Assembly: GCA_048882045.1 (NCBI GenBank)
Contig: JBHLRZ010000055.1
Coordinates: 1-14,717, forward strand
Source: Candidatus Thorarchaeota archaeon
GTDB taxonomy: Archaea > Asgardarchaeota > Thorarchaeia > Thorarchaeales > Thorarchaeaceae
DNA length: 14,717 nucleotides
Direction: 5' to 3'
This document shows positions 7,338-14,717 of this stretch, piece after piece. Position 1 is the first letter of the stretch. Every line of letters begins with the position of its first letter. Below the pieces are notes generated by a model that was not told the origin of the DNA, made no database searches, and saw nothing but the letters and a program-made list of their open reading frames with translations. Both the position numbers and the translations under genes were made by a program.

Positions 7338-8798
7338 TCAAATGGTTTCGCTCACATTCTGTCTTTTCCGTATGACAATGATTGCTACAATGATTGGAAC
7401 TACTAAAGATGAAATTCCCAAGGTTACAATGAATGGAGTCCACTCCGCAGGCACTAAACCTGACGTTGTTGAAGGTTCGGAGGGAGAGTGCTCAGTGATT
7501 GCGATGTCAACCTCATCTGAAACTCCCTCTCCAAAATCGATGTTTCCGGCAGAAGCTTCAGAAAAAAGGAGACTCGTAATTACATATAAAGTGTCAATTG
7601 AATTTCCAGTGACATTCTCAAGAATCGGGCTTCCAAGGGCATTCTTCTGAACAAACCATCCATCTGAGTCATGATAGACAATAGAAACTCCAGTATATCC
7701 CATATCTGGCTGGCTTATGGCAACTGTGAAGTTGTCAGGGGGATTTGTGATTTTGATGATTTCAGCACCGTAGTAACGAATTGAGAGGCTCTCAATTTCA
7801 ACGGGTATAGTATTCCTGACTGTCAATTCCTGAAACTGAACGTCCATGTTCGCGAATCCGTAGTTATTGTCCGCAAAGCCCAATTCATCAATTGTTATTG
7901 CTGTGACCCAGTCAAGATAGAGCTCATTGAAAGATATGTTGTGTCCTGCATCCAGGAGAGCAGCCTCAATTCCTAATGCTCCATCCTCTTCCTGTTGTAC
8001 TAGTTCAGTAAGGAATTGAACGCCAAATCTCTCCGCCAAATAGAATGCGAAGAGGTAAGACCCGCCATAGTCCTTCTGAGCCACGTCAAAATAGATCAGT
8101 GAGTCATCAGGAGTCTGAAGAAAATAATCGGTGCGATGCGAAACATTGCCTCGGTAGGAGAGATATCCAACGTAATAGGTTGCATACTCAGCCATTCCTT
8201 CAAGAATGAAATGGACCTCATCGAACTCATAGTTGAACCAGATAAGATGACAGAACTCATGGGCTATTGTGTCCAGAATCAAGTAGTTATCATAGTAAAT
8301 GTAGACCATCTCACAGAGGTTTGAATAGGTGGATACGATCTCGTTGTACTGAGAGTAATAACTCATCAGATTGTCTGATATCAGAATTATAATTCTGGGG
8401 TCTCCATCGACATCGCCAATACGCCCATCTGGATTTCCAGTCAGTTCAGTGACCTTGGGATAGATGACATCATCGAACTCGTTTCTGTAGGATTCACATC
8501 TACTTGTTGCCTCTTCTTGACCCAGTAGTGAAATCAAGCTGTCTTGAAAGTAGATGAGACAGTGCTCTCCAATTGCTAACAATGTAGCATCTATCTCATA
8601 ATGAGTAGCAGTATCAAAATCGTTTGCCCAGAATGACCTTGTATCTCCCACATTCTGAGTCAGGCTGTATTTGGTTGGAGGAGAAGTGGGCGATGCCTGT
8701 GGAGGTTCCAAGACAATCTGACTATTTAGTTGAAGGAAAAGGAGTCCGAATACTAAAAGACCAATGTACAGGATTCTCGTGACAGCTCTTCTGTACAT
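7338..8798 (-). CDS. Secreted, membrane-anchored zinc metallopeptidase (HEXXH, M30/M6-like)
   Basis: N-terminal signal/TM, DGDPRIIIL, SNLCEMVYI, TIAHEFCHLI, downstream EGMAEYA, DYGGSYLF, S/T/P-rich linker, C-terminal TM followed by RKR. Confidence 0.85.
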   Translation of the reverse strand: MYRRAVTRILYIGLLVFGLLFLQLNSQIVLEPPQASPTSPPTKYSLTQNVGDTRSFWANDFDTATHYEIDATLLAIGEHCLIYFQDSLISLLGQEEATSRCESYRNEFDDVIYPKVTELTGNPDGRIGDVDGDPRIIILISDNLMSYYSQYNEIVSTYSNLCEMVYIYYDNYLILDTIAHEFCHLIWFNYEFDEVHFILEGMAEYATYYVGYLSYRGNVSHRTDYFLQTPDDSLIYFDVAQKDYGGSYLFAFYLAERFGVQFLTELVQQEEDGALGIEAALLDAGHNISFNELYLDWVTAITIDELGFADNNYGFANMDVQFQELTVRNTIPVEIESLSIRYYGAEIIKITNPPDNFTVAISQPDMGYTGVSIVYHDSDGWFVQKNALGSPILENVTGNSIDTLYVITSLLFSEASAGNIDFGEGVSDEVDIAITEHSPSEPSTTSGLVPAEWTPFIVTLGISSLVVPIIVAIIVIRKRQNVSETI

Positions 8799-8922
8799 CA
8801 AAATCTCAACGCCTCTATTAGTTGAGGAGCATTCCTAGAATGAATATAGGTCTTGATTTCTACGCTATCGAGAAACATTGGATTTTTCAATAGGGAGTCG
8901 CAGTTGGACGTGGGTGTGAATA

Positions 8923-9333
8923 TTGGGATTGTTTGGAAATTCAGCAAGCATTATCGTTGATGTCAATCTTATCATTCAATGGGTAATCTTTGTCTTCTTA
9001 CTTGTAGGATATTTGAAGAGGAGGGAACGAAAAACACACGGGTACTTGATGGTCGTCACTACAATCATCAATCTGGTAACCACGCTCCTCATCATGGCAC
9101 CTTCGCTGGTATTGAATGCAAGCACCCTACCAATTGCAGTATATGGACATGCGATTGTGGGTACAATAGCAATTCTGCTTGGACTCCTTTTCAGTTTCAA
9201 GTTTATGACAGAATTAAGAAACAATCAACCACTTGCATGTGGAACTCGTAGAAATATGAGGATTGCATTCATTCTCTGGATTGTGCCAGTCTTCTTTGGG
9301 ACATTCCTTTACCTGACAATCTATATTCTATAA
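8923..9333 (+). CDS. 4-TM DUF420-like membrane protein (possible heme b ligands)
   Basis: Four TM helices, with GY..+.....HGYLM and YGHAIVG histidines at helix starts. TTG start. Confidence 0.7.
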   Translation: MGLFGNSASIIVDVNLIIQWVIFVFLLVGYLKRRERKTHGYLMVVTTIINLVTTLLIMAPSLVLNASTLPIAVYGHAIVGTIAILLGLLFSFKFMTELRNNQPLACGTRRNMRIAFILWIVPVFFGTFLYLTIYIL

Positions 9334-9336
9334 TCC

Positions 9337-9376
9337 AGTGGGGAGATTATCTTTCGCCCCACTCTATTTTTCTTCT
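9337..9376 (+). terminator. Hairpin plus pyrimidine tract after the DUF420-like gene
   Basis: AGTGGGG (9337-9343) pairs with CCCCACT (9357-9363), followed by CTATTTTTCTTCT, starting 4 nt after the stop. Confidence 0.55.
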
Positions 9377-9494
9377 GTGAAGGTTGATTAGTGACCATCT
9401 GCAGATACAACGTCAACACCCAAGTCAAACAGAATAATACCAGAACATGGCTTTCATAAGCTCGTTTGCAGCTGCGTTTCTTGGTGAATTCATT

Positions 9495-10361
9495 TTGTAC
9501 ATTAAGGGAATGGACAAGCTACGAGAGAAGCTTCCTGCTTACCCTGGAAAAAGACTTGCAATACTTCCACTCAGAGCATTCCTGACGGGAATACTGGCAT
9601 ATGCGTTCCTGATCATTCTGGTCATCACTCCACGCTTCTTTCCTGGCAACGATCTTCTAACGGCACTAGAACCTGTGCTTCCACTTCTTGGAAGTGTCAT
9701 AGTTGCCACGTGTGCTCTCTGGTTGATTTGGGGACTCTGGAACAAACGAATTGAGATGAAGGAGCAGCATGGAGATTTGGCATATCAGAAGATGATAAAC
9801 CGAGGGCTGACTGGAGTCTTTCTAATTCCTTCACTGGTGTTTCTCGAATTCACGTTAAGTCGATCATTCCCACCAGGTTCACCTCTCAATCCGATAACGA
9901 CTCAGTGGTCGACATCAATTCTATATCTCTTGGGAGATCCTTTCGGAATCGAACTCTGGATAAGGATGATACTCTCATTCATTTTTCTTATACTAGGCAT
10001 GCTAACAGTTCGCAGCGCACTAATGACCTTTGGACTAGACTATATGGGTGTAGTCTATCTCTTCTTCCCTGAGGAATCGGAAGTGCAGCAGCATGAGATC
10101 TATTCTGTCATACGTCATCCAACATACCTAGGTGGAGTGTTACTCGGTACAGCTGGGCTATTCTTCAGGTTCTCAGTCTACTCCATCTTCTTGTTCCTGT
10201 TGGTCTATATGGTCTTCAGACTGCAAATCTGGAAGGAGGAGAAAGAGCTTGTTGAACGGTTTGGTGAGGGCTACGTTGAATACAGAAAGAATGTCCCTGC
10301 CCTTCTGGTCAGACCAAGTAAGATTGGAGCATATTTCAGGTTCCTACGACCGAATGAATAA
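9495..10361 (+). CDS. Isoprenylcysteine carboxyl methyltransferase / PEMT family integral membrane methyltransferase
   Basis: IYSVIRHPTYLG and EEKELVERFGEGYVEYRKNVP signature, with multiple TMs. TTG 9495 is preferred because GGTGA sits at 9483-9487; the track start is 9447. Confidence 0.88.
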   Translation: MYIKGMDKLREKLPAYPGKRLAILPLRAFLTGILAYAFLIILVITPRFFPGNDLLTALEPVLPLLGSVIVATCALWLIWGLWNKRIEMKEQHGDLAYQKMINRGLTGVFLIPSLVFLEFTLSRSFPPGSPLNPITTQWSTSILYLLGDPFGIELWIRMILSFIFLILGMLTVRSALMTFGLDYMGVVYLFFPEESEVQQHEIYSVIRHPTYLGGVLLGTAGLFFRFSVYSIFLFLLVYMVFRLQIWKEEKELVERFGEGYVEYRKNVPALLVRPSKIGAYFRFLRPNE

Positions 10362-11135
10362 CTATGACTTCCGCTGCTTTACGAACCAGTCGACGATAGT
10401 CTTCACAGTAATCTCATACGCCCGTGGATCAGAGAGGTTGTGGTCTGCACCCTCAACTATGACCAAGTCCTTTGGTTCACCAGCCAGTTCATAGAGTCGT
10501 TTCACACCAGCAAGAGGGATACCCTCGTCATCGGTGCCATGAACGATGAGCATTGATCGTGGAGATATCTTTGCGATCTCAATCATCGGGTTGTGAACTT
10601 TGGAATCCTCGACCATCGTTCTGAGGACCTTCTCGCATATCTCAGGGTTATCGATACCTCGCATCTGAGCAGGGTCAGTCTCAATAATGTATGCAAATGC
10701 TGGTCGAATCATCGGGGACTCGGAGAGCCATAGTGTGTCATAAACAGGAGCTCTCAGACACAGCGCATCTATCCGTTTGTCCTTGGCTAAGATGCAGATC
10801 GCGACTGCAGCCCCCCAACTTACGGCATATATTCCTGACCAAGAGTCCAATGTTAGGTCGGATTCCAGAAGATGTGTGATGGCCTCTTTTGCATCCTTTA
10901 TCTGACCAGAGAGTGTGAAGATTCCGTCGCTCTCTCTGAATCCTCGAAAGTCAAAGGTCAGGACTGCAAATCCAGCCTCTGCTAGTTTGGTTGCGGCACC
11001 ACTGATTTGGTCAGAACTTCCTGGGAGCCCATGGAAGTTGCATATTCCTGGGAATGGTCCCTTGCCATCTGGGACAACGAAATTTCCTCTGATTATTTCC
11101 CCTTCAGAGGTGAACTCTGTGGGCACTATTTTCAC
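10362..11135 (-). CDS. Alpha/beta-fold hydrolase
   Basis: HGLPGS, FDFRGFRESDG, nucleophile elbow AVSWG, HGTDDE (Asp), GADHNL (His). GTG 11135 is the likely start; the track start is 11159. Confidence 0.9.
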   Translation of the reverse strand: MKIVPTEFTSEGEIIRGNFVVPDGKGPFPGICNFHGLPGSSDQISGAATKLAEAGFAVLTFDFRGFRESDGIFTLSGQIKDAKEAITHLLESDLTLDSWSGIYAVSWGAAVAICILAKDKRIDALCLRAPVYDTLWLSESPMIRPAFAYIIETDPAQMRGIDNPEICEKVLRTMVEDSKVHNPMIEIAKISPRSMLIVHGTDDEGIPLAGVKRLYELAGEPKDLVIVEGADHNLSDPRAYEITVKTIVDWFVKQRKS

Positions 11136-11257
11136 ATCTACCACTGAATGAATTAGCAACGTATTGTTCTATTTCAATTTGTCTGATGACCTCAATGGAT
11201 GATGTCTATCTAGCTGTTTTGTTGGGCAATCTCTTGGACTCCAGCTGACTCCTCCAC

Positions 11258-12160
11258 TCAAGAATTTTTGAGTGCATGTTGGAAACGCGAAATCTCGTGG
11301 AAGAAATCTCCACCTTTTCCAAGAATCTCCATGGGCTCAGTCACGATGTAAGATAGTTTGTAAATAACTCCGAACATCGTTTCTCCCCAGAAGATGACCT
11401 CGGGTTTCTCTATAAACTCATCCTTCCAGTTTTCACATATTTTGTCAAAGTAGTCATGAACCTTGTCAATGTCGAAGTCCTTGTGAACATTGATTTCAAA
11501 GGTGTATTGATACACCTCGGTGCCCTTTGTAAGAGATCGAAGGCCCTCTAACGCATATTGCACCCTACTGGATGATGTCCGGGCTTCATGATATTCCTTC
11601 CCTCTCTCAGCCATGAGGTCGTCAATCCGCCTACGGTAGTTTATCACTTGTGAGTCGACAATCTTACTGTTGGGTACATACTCCCTCGTGTAATCTGGTT
11701 GGAGGAGTCTCGTATAATTGAGGGTTATCTCTTGCACTATTCCCTCAACGCCTCCAACATTGATATAGTCCCCAACCCGAAAAGGACGTGCTGCTAAGAC
11801 ATAGAACCCACTCACCATATTTGAGAGTGCCTTGGAAAAAGCCAGACCAATTGCGGTTCCAAACAGAGCACTCCCTGTCAGAATAGCCTCTGGAGGTATG
11901 ATTGTAGTAGCTGAAAGAAGTGTTGTAAGGCCGAAAGCAAGAAAGAGGACACGTACTATGAGTTTGATTCCGCTGGTTGCTTCTTTTGGCATACCCACCT
12001 TTCTGAATGTGATTGTAATGGTACGCATAACGATGAGATAGAACACATAGATAACAATCAAGAAGGGGATGATCGCGACTGCTTCCGCAAATCCACCTAA
12101 TTGGAATGGATCAAGAATGCTGCGAATGAAGGCAACAAAGTCAGCGAAGATGTTTTGCAT
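11258..12160 (-). CDS. mscS: Small-conductance mechanosensitive channel family protein
   Basis: TM3-like GSALFGTAIGLAFSKALSNMVSG, RPFRVGDYI, GIVQEITLNYTRL, VPNSKI. Confidence 0.9.
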   Translation of the reverse strand: MQNIFADFVAFIRSILDPFQLGGFAEAVAIIPFLIVIYVFYLIVMRTITITFRKVGMPKEATSGIKLIVRVLFLAFGLTTLLSATTIIPPEAILTGSALFGTAIGLAFSKALSNMVSGFYVLAARPFRVGDYINVGGVEGIVQEITLNYTRLLQPDYTREYVPNSKIVDSQVINYRRRIDDLMAERGKEYHEARTSSSRVQYALEGLRSLTKGTEVYQYTFEINVHKDFDIDKVHDYFDKICENWKDEFIEKPEVIFWGETMFGVIYKLSYIVTEPMEILGKGGDFFHEISRFQHALKNS

Positions 12161-12193
12161 GGCGATTAGCTCCGACGGGACTTATCAAGGTCC

Positions 12194-12206
12194 AAATAAA
12201 AAGTGA
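12194..12206 (-). promoter_or_regulatory. Putative TATA element for mscS
   Basis: Minus strand CACTTTTTATTT about 35-45 nt upstream of ATG 12160. Confidence 0.4.
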
Positions 12207-12268
12207 TTGAAATGATATTTCCAGAGTCGCGTCAAACCTCTGAGAAGATAGAGAATATTCCACCAGGA

Positions 12269-12976
12269 CTATGAGCTGGACTCCTTTGCTTGGTGATACA
12301 TGTCATTGTAATATTCTCTCAGCTCTTTCTCAGATTCCAGAGGTTGGCTGATGACATCCAGTGTATCTCTGGACACCTTCCCCTCCTTGATGAGTTGGAC
12401 CCCAGCTACCTTTGCCGCTTCAAGGATCTCATCTGCCTTCTCCTTGTACTTGGTCATGAGAAACGCATGCGGTCTCAGAAGTGACCCTGAGAACTCAACA
12501 CTTGCATCCTTTGCCATATGGTCCACAAAATCGACCAAAAGAGACATGTTTTCCTTCTCCCACCAACCACCTGCTGAAATTAGTACTATCTTTGATATCT
12601 GTACGTCATCATGAAACTTTGCTCGTGTGCGGCCATCATGGAACTCAAGAATAGGTTCTATGAGTGGCATGAGACGGTTCAACAGATTCTGTATCTCTCC
12701 CGGGAGAGGGAAGTAGATTGGGATGGCAAGAACGAGGATGTCAGCCTTACGGAATTTAGGATAGAGTTTCTCCATATCGTCGTTCTGGATGCACTTCCCC
12801 ACCTTTTCGTACCAGCAATGGAAATCACCAAGACAGGGCCTGATCCTGAAACGTTTGGCGAAGATGGTTTCAACTGTTGCATCCGCTTCTTCCATTCCTT
12901 CAACAAAAGAGGCCAGAAGTTTGTGTGTATGCCCCTTCTCCATACGGGCACTGCCATTGATTGCTAGCACTCTCAT
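12269..12976 (-). CDS. Flavodoxin-fold NADPH-dependent FMN reductase / iron-sulfur flavoprotein-like protein
   Basis: VLAINGSAR...GHT, IRPCLGDFHCW...GKCIQNDDM, ADILVLAIPIYF. Confidence 0.9.
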   Translation of the reverse strand: MRVLAINGSARMEKGHTHKLLASFVEGMEEADATVETIFAKRFRIRPCLGDFHCWYEKVGKCIQNDDMEKLYPKFRKADILVLAIPIYFPLPGEIQNLLNRLMPLIEPILEFHDGRTRAKFHDDVQISKIVLISAGGWWEKENMSLLVDFVDHMAKDASVEFSGSLLRPHAFLMTKYKEKADEILEAAKVAGVQLIKEGKVSRDTLDVISQPLESEKELREYYNDMYHQAKESSS

Positions 12977-13014
12977 CGCGCGACACCCAGACTCGCAGAG
13001 AGGATGACCGCTCG

Positions 13015-13794
13015 CTAAAAACTCTTCGACATTCCTTCTATATCCTCAACAGCAATCCGCGGATTAGTATAGCGTCCTCTGGTTTCAGTCCCAGAACGAT
13101 ACTGGATGGCTCTCTCTGGACACCAGTTGATGCAGGCAAGACACAACTCACATTGATGCTGCCATTCTGGTCTGCCTTCGCGCATCTGGATATTTCGGAC
13201 AGGGCACACTCTAACACAGAGTTCGCATTCTGTACAGTTTTCATTGACCCAGTAATTCTTATCACAGGTGTTCACTCGGTCCAAGAACTGCTGGTAACTT
13301 CTAGAATGTCCATGATAGTCAGCAGCAGAGAAATTGACCATCCTGTTACGGATGTTTTCAGCAATCTCCGGAATTGTCTTGTCAGCATTCTCAATGATTC
13401 TCTTGATTCCGCCTTCAGAAGGAGCATCATAGCTGATAATGTAGTTTGATGGCATCCGTAAAAGGAATCCTGCTTGAAGGTCATGGCCGATTGTTTGTAG
13501 CTCACTATTGAGTTGGGAAAGCGATTCCTCTGGATCTCCAGCATGTGTTACAACACCGAAGACAAAGCTGGCTTGAATTTCTTTCAGTTTGGGAAGAAAT
13601 CTGGAAACCTTCAAAGGCAGTCCTCCCCAGTAGACCGGGAACACGATGCCCAAAACATCATATGAACTGCTTTGGCTGTCACCCTGATATCCCGCAATCG
13701 GTGTTACCTCTGTATCTCCCAGAGCTTTACCGATTCCCCTTGCCACCATCAAGGAGTTGCCAGTTCCAGTGAAGTAGAATATCCTATTTGCCAA
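13015..13794 (-). CDS. EFR1-family flavodoxin + 2x[4Fe-4S] ferredoxin fusion
   Basis: YFTGTGNS, GIVFPVY, MPSNYI, CTECELCVRVCP and CELCLACINWCP. TTG start with GGGGGT upstream. Confidence 0.92.
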   Translation of the reverse strand: MANRIFYFTGTGNSLMVARGIGKALGDTEVTPIAGYQGDSQSSSYDVLGIVFPVYWGGLPLKVSRFLPKLKEIQASFVFGVVTHAGDPEESLSQLNSELQTIGHDLQAGFLLRMPSNYIISYDAPSEGGIKRIIENADKTIPEIAENIRNRMVNFSAADYHGHSRSYQQFLDRVNTCDKNYWVNENCTECELCVRVCPVRNIQMREGRPEWQHQCELCLACINWCPERAIQYRSGTETRGRYTNPRIAVEDIEGMSKSF

Positions 13795-13816
13795 TTTGTA
13801 ACCCCCATGATGACTA

Positions 13817-14581
13817 TCAATCCACTTGCCTACGCATCACCGTGTCTCTTTCTCGAACAACAACCGGTTTGAATCCATGCTTTGTGTACATACTTCGGGG
13901 TCCTCGAAAGTGCGCACCATCGTTACTATCGGGTTTGTTGCGAGGGTAACCTTCAATCCACAATGCACCGCGGGCAGAGGCGTCCGCAATCACACGATCG
14001 AGAAGGGCTGATGCGATTCCATGTCTTCGATAGGGCGGAGCAATCACGAAACATGAAACACCAATTACTGATGCTGGCTCAGGACCCTCCGGATCAACCA
14101 GTTGAAGGTGTCCATAGTCACTACGCAGAGAGGCGTTTACCCATCCAGCGGGCTTGTTGTCAACATATGCCAGATACCCGAAAGTTGTTCTCTTTCGCAG
14201 ACGTTCTACCATGATTGATCGTGATTCACGCCACGGACGCTCTTGGGTTTCATCTGTAGGAGGTATATGTGGTTCAAGGCAATAGCAGGATGCCCAGTCA
14301 GGATTATCCGCAAACCCGTCATGATCGAAAAATTGCAGCCAATCATCCATCGAGTCTTCAGTGACTCTATGTATAGTGATTTCACCGATTTCCTCTTTTC
14401 GTACTGTCTCACCTGTGAGTCGTTCTACTGCTTCCGCATAATTACGAGCGTAGTTTCTAACAGCCTCTTCTGGATACTCCCATGAATGGTTATTTTGACC
14501 ATGCGATACAAAAGCATCAGCAAGTGCCTCAAGGTCTTCCGCCTTGATTACTTCGTCACAACCAAAGCATTTGACTTTCAT
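13817..14581 (-). CDS. GNAT acetyltransferase with N-terminal DUF1059-like Cys2His2 domain
   Basis: N-terminal CFGC...IKAED...HGQNNH. GNAT domain WASCYC, GYLAYVDNKPAGW, VSCFVIAPPYRRHGIASALL, IEGYP, MYTKHGF. Double stop TGA-TAG. Confidence 0.88.
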   Translation of the reverse strand: MKVKCFGCDEVIKAEDLEALADAFVSHGQNNHSWEYPEEAVRNYARNYAEAVERLTGETVRKEEIGEITIHRVTEDSMDDWLQFFDHDGFADNPDWASCYCLEPHIPPTDETQERPWRESRSIMVERLRKRTTFGYLAYVDNKPAGWVNASLRSDYGHLQLVDPEGPEPASVIGVSCFVIAPPYRRHGIASALLDRVIADASARGALWIEGYPRNKPDSNDGAHFRGPRSMYTKHGFKPVVVRERDTVMRRQVD

Positions 14582-14624
14582 CAGTTATTCCCTACTCATC
14601 ATTGTTTGAGGGTAGACATGTCCA

Positions 14625-14717
14625 CTAAAGGGTTGCCCCGCAGTTTTTACACTTTGAGCTGAGTGCAGTATTGTCGAAGTGGCAGTATGGACACTCGAGA
14701 ACATCACCAATCCTCTC
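14625..14717 (-). CDS. 3' end of a gene with a C-terminal zinc ribbon (truncated by the window edge; absent from the ORF track)
   Basis: Manual translation gives ERIGDVLECPYCHFDNTALSSKCKNCGATL* with CxxC-x10-CxxC; TAG at 14627-14625. Confidence 0.85.
   Translation of the reverse strand, partial: ERIGDVLECPYCHFDNTALSSKCKNCGATL

Noticed and set aside
3653-10364. Tight convergent gene ends (3653-3664 overlap, 6860/6865, 10361/10362)
   Set aside because: Ordinary for compact archaeal genomes and not evidence of antisense regulation on its own.
11160-11257. TGATGA/CTGA-like words and a GACTCC direct repeat suggesting a C/D-box RNA
   Set aside because: Box order and spacing do not fit a C/D sRNA, and the repeats are too short to exceed chance.
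10362-13017. Pyrrolysine readthrough at TAG stops (hydrolase, flavoprotein, EFR1)
   Set aside because: All three proteins are complete at their TAG, and no in-frame downstream domain is evident.
12290-14485. Numerous short + strand and nested ORFs (e.g. 12961-13449, 13882-14214)
   Set aside because: Shadow ORFs of well-supported minus-strand genes, without recognisable motifs.
1-14717. CRISPR array, IS/transposase, integrase, tRNA or rRNA
   Set aside because: No periodic repeats, recombinase motifs or cloverleaf structures were seen, and all intergenic gaps are under about 190 nt.

Overview
Densely coded archaeal DNA, most likely Asgard (Thorarchaeota-like). This is inferred from a longin/roadblock-type protein with the 'DxxLFGGLLSAI' signature, GGTGA/GGAGG Shine-Dalgarno sites, TATA-like boxes and frequent TTG/GTG starts. 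The window holds 16 complete CDSs plus a partial zinc-ribbon gene at the right edge that the ORF track missed. I found no rRNA, tRNA, CRISPR array or mobile element. The left ~5.8 kb is the interesting part, made of two convergent units. The + strand unit encodes a 4-TM repeat protein, DUF547, a winged-helix + degenerate SAM-methyltransferase-fold protein, a longin + winged-helix (NPRL2-like architecture) protein and a class I methyltransferase. The - strand unit encodes a Tes/GDGT-MAS(MJ0619)-family radical SAM paralogue with altered C-terminal residues and a methyltransferase keeping ArsM-type cysteines. I propose two testable hypotheses: a ligand-sensing pseudo-methyltransferase/longin signalling module, and a radical-SAM/ArsM-like/DUF547 metalloid- or lipid-modifying pathway. 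The rest is ordinary accessory content: GNATs, YjbQ, a surface HEXXH protease, DUF420-like, ICMT/PEMT-family, alpha/beta hydrolase, MscS and flavin/Fe-S proteins. All family calls come from motif recognition by eye; no searches were run.
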